From: Deltaproteobacteria bacterium
GTDB taxonomy: Bacteria > Myxococcota_A > UBA9160 > SMWR01
Direction: 5' to 3'
DNA: 10,002 nucleotides
Assembly (NCBI GenBank): GCA_032128115.1
Contig: JAQBHB010000103.1
Span: 1 to 10,002 of the forward strand
Part shown: positions 1 to 10,002 of the stretch, piece by piece
Position numbering within the stretch: position 1 is the first letter of the stretch
How the letters are laid out: each line of letters opens with the position of its first letter
Translations under genes and position numbers: made by a program
Notes under the pieces: generated by a model
What the model saw: only the letters and a program-made list of their open reading frames with translations
What the model was told of the DNA's origin: nothing
Databases searched by the model: none

Positions 1-2496
<2,496 letters not shown>

Positions 2497-2501
2497 GTGG
2501 T

Positions 2502-2508
2502 CCCCCTC
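2502..2508 (-). promoter_or_regulatory. Shine-Dalgarno sequence for rpoC
   Basis: GAGGGGG 5 nt upstream of the TTG start, within the 15-nt rpoB-rpoC spacer. Confidence 0.75.
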
Positions 2509-2511
2509 GCC

Positions 2512-6699
<4,188 letters not shown>

Positions 6700-6774
6700 G
6701 GGCTCGTCTCGCCTCCGAGTCGAAGTGGCGATGCGGGCGCCCCCCTCCATGGCGGGCGCTCAACAACGGAATCC

Positions 6775-7146
6775 CTACTTGACGTCGACCTGTCCGCCTG
6801 CGCCTTCGATCTTCTCCTTGATCTTCGCCGCCTCGTCCTTGGTTACGCCTTCCTTGATGGCACTGGGCGCACTCTCCACGAGTTCCTTGGCTTCTTTGAG
6901 GCCCAACCCCGTGATGGCGCGGACCTCCTTGATGACCTGGATCTTCTTGTCGCCCACCGCCACGAGCAGGACGTCGAACTCGTCCTTCTCCTCGGCGGCG
7001 GCGGCCGGCGCTCCGCCACCCGCGGCCACGGCCACCGGCGCGGCGGCCGAGACGCCCCACTTGTCCTCTAGAAGGGTCGCGAGCTCTGCCGCCTCCATCA
7101 CCGTCAGGCTCGACAGCGAGTCCACGATCGTATTCAGATCAGCCAT
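6775..7146 (-). CDS. rplL: 50S ribosomal protein L7/L12 (bL12), 123 aa
   Basis: [22 protein letters not shown], an Ala-rich hinge, then EEKDEFDV...[27 protein letters not shown] start, TAG stop. Confidence 0.99.
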   Translation of the reverse strand: MADLNTIVDSLSSLTVMEAAELATLLEDKWGVSAAAPVAVAAGGGAPAAAAEEKDEFDVLLVAVGDKKIQVIKEVRAITGLGLKEAKELVESAPSAIKEGVTKDEAAKIKEKIEGAGGQVDVK

Positions 7147-7166
7147 TTCTCTTCGTCCTCATCTTC

Positions 7167-7215
7167 GCCCGATCGTTCGCCGAATCGGGCAGGTTCGGGC
7201 GGAGGGGGCTCCGCC
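7167..7215 (-). other. Two tandem GC-rich stem-loops in the rplJ-rplL spacer
   Basis: GGCGGAG-CCCC-CTCCGCC (7198-7215, perfect 7 bp) and GCCCGA-T-TCG-GCGAA-CGA-TCGGGC (7167-7190). Neither has a downstream U-tract. Confidence 0.7.
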
Positions 7216-7228
7216 AGATTTCAAAAAC

Positions 7229-7762
7229 CTACGCCCCGTCCTGCTGGCGGCCTCGGGCCGCCAGCACGCGGGCAATCTGTCCAGCGGGCTCGGACACGAG
7301 CCGCACCAGCTTCGTGGCGGGCCCCTGGATCAGGCCCACCAGTTTCGCGCGCAGAACATCCAATGAGGGCAGGGTCGCCAGTGTGGCGATCTCTGCCTGC
7401 TCGACCGGATGGCCCTCCAGCAGGCCGCCCCGGAGTTCGAAAGCCTCGTTCTCCTTGGCGAACTCCACCAGGATCTTGGCCAGGCCCACCGGATCGCTGT
7501 ACGACAGCGCCAGCGCCGAGGGGCCCTGGAAGTGGTGGGCCACCTCCGCTGCGGGCGTGTCGACGCAGGCCAGACGCAGCACCGTGTTCTTCACGACGCG
7601 ATATTCGTAGTTGCCATGGCCTTCGCTGCGGATGCGCCTGCGCAGCTGGTTCACCGCCTCCACACCGACACCGCGGTAGTCGGCCACGTACATGCAGGTG
7701 GCGCGGCCGAACTTCTCCTTCAGCTCCGCGATCTGCGACTCCTTCTGTACCCGGGTCAGCAA
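7229..7762 (-). CDS. rplJ: 50S ribosomal protein L10 (uL10), 177 aa
   Basis: Motifs [20 protein letters not shown] and LATLPS; position between rplA and rplL. TTG start with AGGAGG at 7767-7772. Confidence 0.97.
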   Translation of the reverse strand: MLTRVQKESQIAELKEKFGRATCMYVADYRGVGVEAVNQLRRRIRSEGHGNYEYRVVKNTVLRLACVDTPAAEVAHHFQGPSALALSYSDPVGLAKILVEFAKENEAFELRGGLLEGHPVEQAEIATLATLPSLDVLRAKLVGLIQGPATKLVRLVSEPAGQIARVLAARGRQQDGA

Positions 7763-7766
7763 GACT

Positions 7767-7772
7767 CCTCCT
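7767..7772 (-). promoter_or_regulatory. Shine-Dalgarno sequence for rplJ, overlapping the rplA stop codon
   Basis: Minus strand TAGGAGGAGTC-TTG: AGGAGG shares bases with the rplA TAG. Confidence 0.8.
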
Positions 7773-8484
7773 ACGCCGCCACGGCGGCGGACGCGATATT
7801 CGGGTCGATGCGGATGCCCGGTCCCATCGTCGTCGAGATCGCGATCTTCTTGAGATACACACCCTTGCTGGCGGTGGGCTTGGCCTTCACCACCACGTCG
7901 AGCAGGGCGCTTGCGTTCTCCACCAGCTGGGTGGAATCGAACGAACGCTTTCCGATGGATACGTGGATGATCCCCGCCTTGTCCACGCGGTACTCGACCT
8001 TGCCGGCCTTGTTCTCGCTGACGGCGCGGCCCACGTCCATGGTCACCGTGCCGAGCTTGGGGTTCGGCATCAGCCCGCGGGGACCCAGGATCTTTCCCAG
8101 CCGGCCCACCACGCTCATCATGTCGGGCGTCGCGATCACCCGTTCGAAGTCGAGCCAGCCCTCGGACTGGATCTTCTTGGCCAGCTCCTCACCGCCCACA
8201 TGGTCGGCGCCAGCCTCGCGGGCCTCGATCTCCTTGTCTCCCTTGGCAAACACCACCACGCGTGTCTGCTTTCCGGTGCCGTGGGGCAGCACGATGGCGC
8301 CTCGCACCATCTGGTCGGCGTGCTTCGGATCGACGCCCAGGTTGATGGCCAGATCGACGCTCTCGTCGAATTTCGGTGCGGGGAACGCCTTCAGCAGATC
8401 CACCGCCTCGGCCAGGCCATAGAGCTTGTCGCGCTCGAACTGCTGCCCCGCAGCCCGGAATCGCTTGCTGTTTCCCTTGGACAC
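7771..8484 (-). CDS. rplA: 50S ribosomal protein L1 (uL1), 237 aa
   Basis: [55 protein letters not shown]. Start reassigned to GTG 8484 (VSKGNSKRF), 4 nt after the rplK stop, with GGAGG at 8494-8498. Confidence 0.98.
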   Translation of the reverse strand: MSKGNSKRFRAAGQQFERDKLYGLAEAVDLLKAFPAPKFDESVDLAINLGVDPKHADQMVRGAIVLPHGTGKQTRVVVFAKGDKEIEAREAGADHVGGEELAKKIQSEGWLDFERVIATPDMMSVVGRLGKILGPRGLMPNPKLGTVTMDVGRAVSENKAGKVEYRVDKAGIIHVSIGKRSFDSTQLVENASALLDVVVKAKPTASKGVYLKKIAISTTMGPGIRIDPNIASAAVAA

Positions 8485-8488
8485 CGCG

Positions 8489-8917
8489 CTAGCCCTCCAC
8501 CACATCGATGCCCATGGAGCGAGCGGTGCCCTCGACGATCCGCGCCGCCATTTCCAGGTCGTGGGAGTTCAGGTCCGGGCGCTTCAGCTCGGCGATCTCA
8601 CGAACCTGGCTGGCCGTCACGGTTCCCACCTTCGTGCGATTGGGCTCGCCGGAGCCCTTCGCGATCTTGGCGGCTCGCTTGAGCAGCACGGCCGCCGGCG
8701 GCGTCCTCAGCTCGAAGGTGAACGACCGATCGGCGTAGATCGTGATCACCGCCGGGATGATGAGTCCCGCCTTGTCCTGTGTCCGGGCATTGAAGGCCTT
8801 GCAGAACTCCATGATGTTCACGCCGTGCTGACCCAGGGCAGGCCCCACCGGCGGCGAGGGATTCGCCTGTCCCGCCGGACACTGCAACTTGACGATTGCC
8901 ACGACCTTCTTCGCCAC
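8489..8917 (-). CDS. rplK: 50S ribosomal protein L11 (uL11), 142 aa
   Basis: MAKKV...[35 protein letters not shown]...[11 protein letters not shown] start with AGGAG at 8924-8928 overlapping the nusG stop. Confidence 0.99.
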   Translation of the reverse strand: MAKKVVAIVKLQCPAGQANPSPPVGPALGQHGVNIMEFCKAFNARTQDKAGLIIPAVITIYADRSFTFELRTPPAAVLLKRAAKIAKGSGEPNRTKVGTVTASQVREIAELKRPDLNSHDLEMAARIVEGTARSMGIDVVEG

Positions 8918-8923
8918 GCGCTG

Positions 8924-8928
8924 CTCCT
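8924..8928 (-). promoter_or_regulatory. Shine-Dalgarno sequence for rplK, overlapping the nusG stop codon
   Basis: Minus strand TAGGAGCAGCGC-GTG, with 6-nt spacing. Confidence 0.8.
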
Positions 8929-9457
8929 ACGCCTTCTCGACGTTCGTGTAGTCAAGCACCACCGGCGTGGCGCGACCGAAGACGTGCACCATCACCCGCA
9001 GCTTCTCCTTCTCGGGCATGACCTCGTCTACGTAGCCGGAGAAGTTCGCGAAGGGACCGTCCACGACGCGCACGTTCTCGCCTTCGTCGAACAGGATCTT
9101 CGGCTTCGGCTTGGCCGCCCCCTCCTTGATCTGCTGGGTCATGCGGGCGACCTCCTCGTCGGAGATCGACGGCGGCGTCTTGTCGCCCCCCACGAAGCCA
9201 GTGATCTTCGGCGTGCCCCGCACCACGTGCCATGTCTCGTCGTTGAGCTCCATCCGAACCAGGATGTAACCCGGAAAATACTTGCGCTTCGAAGTGCGCT
9301 TCTCGCCCTTGACCATCTCCACGACGGTCTCCTCGGGGATCAACACTTCTTCGAATTTGTCCTCCATCCCCATGGACTTGGCCCGATCCAGAAGCGCCCG
9401 CATGGCCTTCTGCTCGTGCCCCGAATAGGTATGGACGATGTACCACTGCTTCGACAT
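8927..9457 (-). CDS. nusG: Transcription termination/antitermination factor NusG, 176 aa
   Basis: NGN domain MSKQWYIVHTYSGHE...FPGYILVRM...TPKITGFVG and KOW domain GENVRVVDGPFANFSG...FGRATPV. True start is ATG 9457 with GGGAG upstream; the longer 301-aa track ORF runs through secE and the tRNA. Confidence 0.98.
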   Translation of the reverse strand: MSKQWYIVHTYSGHEQKAMRALLDRAKSMGMEDKFEEVLIPEETVVEMVKGEKRTSKRKYFPGYILVRMELNDETWHVVRGTPKITGFVGGDKTPPSISDEEVARMTQQIKEGAAKPKPKILFDEGENVRVVDGPFANFSGYVDEVMPEKEKLRVMVHVFGRATPVVLDYTNVEKA

Positions 9458-9489
9458 CGATCTCCCGGGCTGCGTCTTCGACGCGCCGA

Positions 9490-9717
9490 TCAGGGCAATA
9501 CCATTCGGACGAGCTGCCCGAGAATCAGATCGACCAGACTCAGGACCCCCGTGAGGACGGCCACGACGATCACCACGCCAATGGTCCCAGCCACCGCCTC
9601 CTTGCGGGTCGGCCACGTGACCTTGCGAAACTCGGTCCGCACCTCCAGCAGGAACTGCTTCGAATCGCCGTACCAACCCGCCGGGTTCGCCGAACTCCGC
9701 TCGACCGTGTTTGCCAC
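9490..9717 (-). CDS. secE: Preprotein translocase subunit SecE, single-TM type, 75 aa
   Basis: FLLEVRTEFRKVTWPTRKE motif followed by one hydrophobic helix (TIGVVIVVAVLTGVLSLVDLIL). GTG start at 9717 with GAGAGGGG upstream; canonical position between trnW and nusG. Confidence 0.96.
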   Translation of the reverse strand: MANTVERSSANPAGWYGDSKQFLLEVRTEFRKVTWPTRKEAVAGTIGVVIVVAVLTGVLSLVDLILGQLVRMVLP

Positions 9718-9735
9718 CCTTGCCCCTCTCGACGC

Positions 9736-9811
9736 TGGCAGGCGCGGAGGGACTCGAACCCCCAACCCCCGGTTTTGGAGACCGGTGCACTACCAGTTGT
9801 GCTACGCGCCT
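9736..9811 (-). tRNA. trnW: tRNA-Trp (anticodon CCA), 76 nt with encoded 3' CCA
   Basis: The minus strand reads AGGCGCG TA GCAC AACTGGTA GTGC A CCGGT CTCCAAA ACCGG GGGTT GGGGG TTCGAGT CCCTC CGCGCCT G CCA. This is a full cloverleaf with discriminator G73, at the usual position upstream of secE. Confidence 0.98.
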
Positions 9812-9812
9812 T

Positions 9813-9864
9813 CGGGATCGCCCTCGACGCACGCCGCGAGGCCCGCGTCGGCAGCATCACCCCG
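9813..9864 (-). other. Long imperfect stem-loop filling the tuf-trnW spacer
   Basis: Outer CGGGGT/ATCCCG, middle CGACGC/GCGTCG, inner GCC-TCGC-GGC on the minus strand. Confidence 0.6.
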
Positions 9865-10002
9865 CTACTCGATGATCTCCGATACGACGCCAGCGCCCAC
9901 CGTGCGACCGCCTTCGCGGATCGCGAAACGCAGCTCCTTGTCCATCGCGATCGGCGTAATCAGTTCCACCACCATTTCCACGTTGTCTCCCGGCATCACC
10001 AT
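9865..10002 (-). CDS. tuf: Elongation factor Tu, last 45 aa plus stop (begins beyond the right edge)
   Basis: Hand translation gives [45 protein letters not shown] followed by TAG at 9865-9867, the canonical EF-Tu C-terminus. Confidence 0.99.
   Translation of the reverse strand: MVMPGDNVEMVVELITPIAMDKELRFAIREGGRTVGAGVVSEIIE

Noticed and set aside
7198..7227. Hairpin with adjacent T5 run as an intrinsic terminator
   Set aside because: On the transcribed minus strand the U-run precedes the stem. On the plus strand the stem is followed by AGATTTC and an A-run, not a proper U-tract.
9470..9481. TCGAAGACGCAG (minus strand) resembling the 5' strand of the L10 leader core
   Set aside because: No complementary CCTGC...GAG-type 3' strand nearby, about 1.7 kb from rplJ, and explained by a local hairpin.
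9718..9760. tRNA-Trp 3' end as an integration (att) site
   Set aside because: secE follows within 18 nt, and I saw no integrase, duplicated tRNA 3' end or composition shift in the window.
9458..9832. Apparent 125-aa N-terminal extension of NusG, and ORF-track extensions of SecE (to 9765) and L1 (to 8505)
   Set aside because: The extensions run through the tRNA, secE or rplK. Homology and SD positions support the shorter starts at 9457, 9717 and 8484.

Overview
This GC-rich window (roughly two-thirds G+C by eye) is the core bacterial tuf-trnW-secE-nusG-rplK-rplA-rplJ-rplL-rpoB-rpoC operon, entirely on the minus strand. tuf is cut by the right window edge and rpoC by the left; neither is in the supplied ORF track, so I translated both by hand. 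All genes are intact, with no frameshift, intein, intron, mobile element or CRISPR array. Protein motifs (RpoC N-terminus [31 protein letters not shown]12 MADL...KWGVSAAA) suggest a Myxococcota or other 'deltaproteobacterial' organism; this is an inference. I see no novel gene system. The oddities are regulatory and structural. (1) Extreme compaction leaves no room for the usual L1 and L10 autoregulatory leaders. (2) rpmG is absent, and the tuf-tRNA spacer is one long hairpin. (3) rpoB and rpoC are in frame, separated only by one UGA and five sense codons. (4) Six of eight starts are non-ATG and six of eight stops are TAG. (5) RpoB carries lineage-specific indels. (6) L10 appears to have three L12-dimer binding segments.
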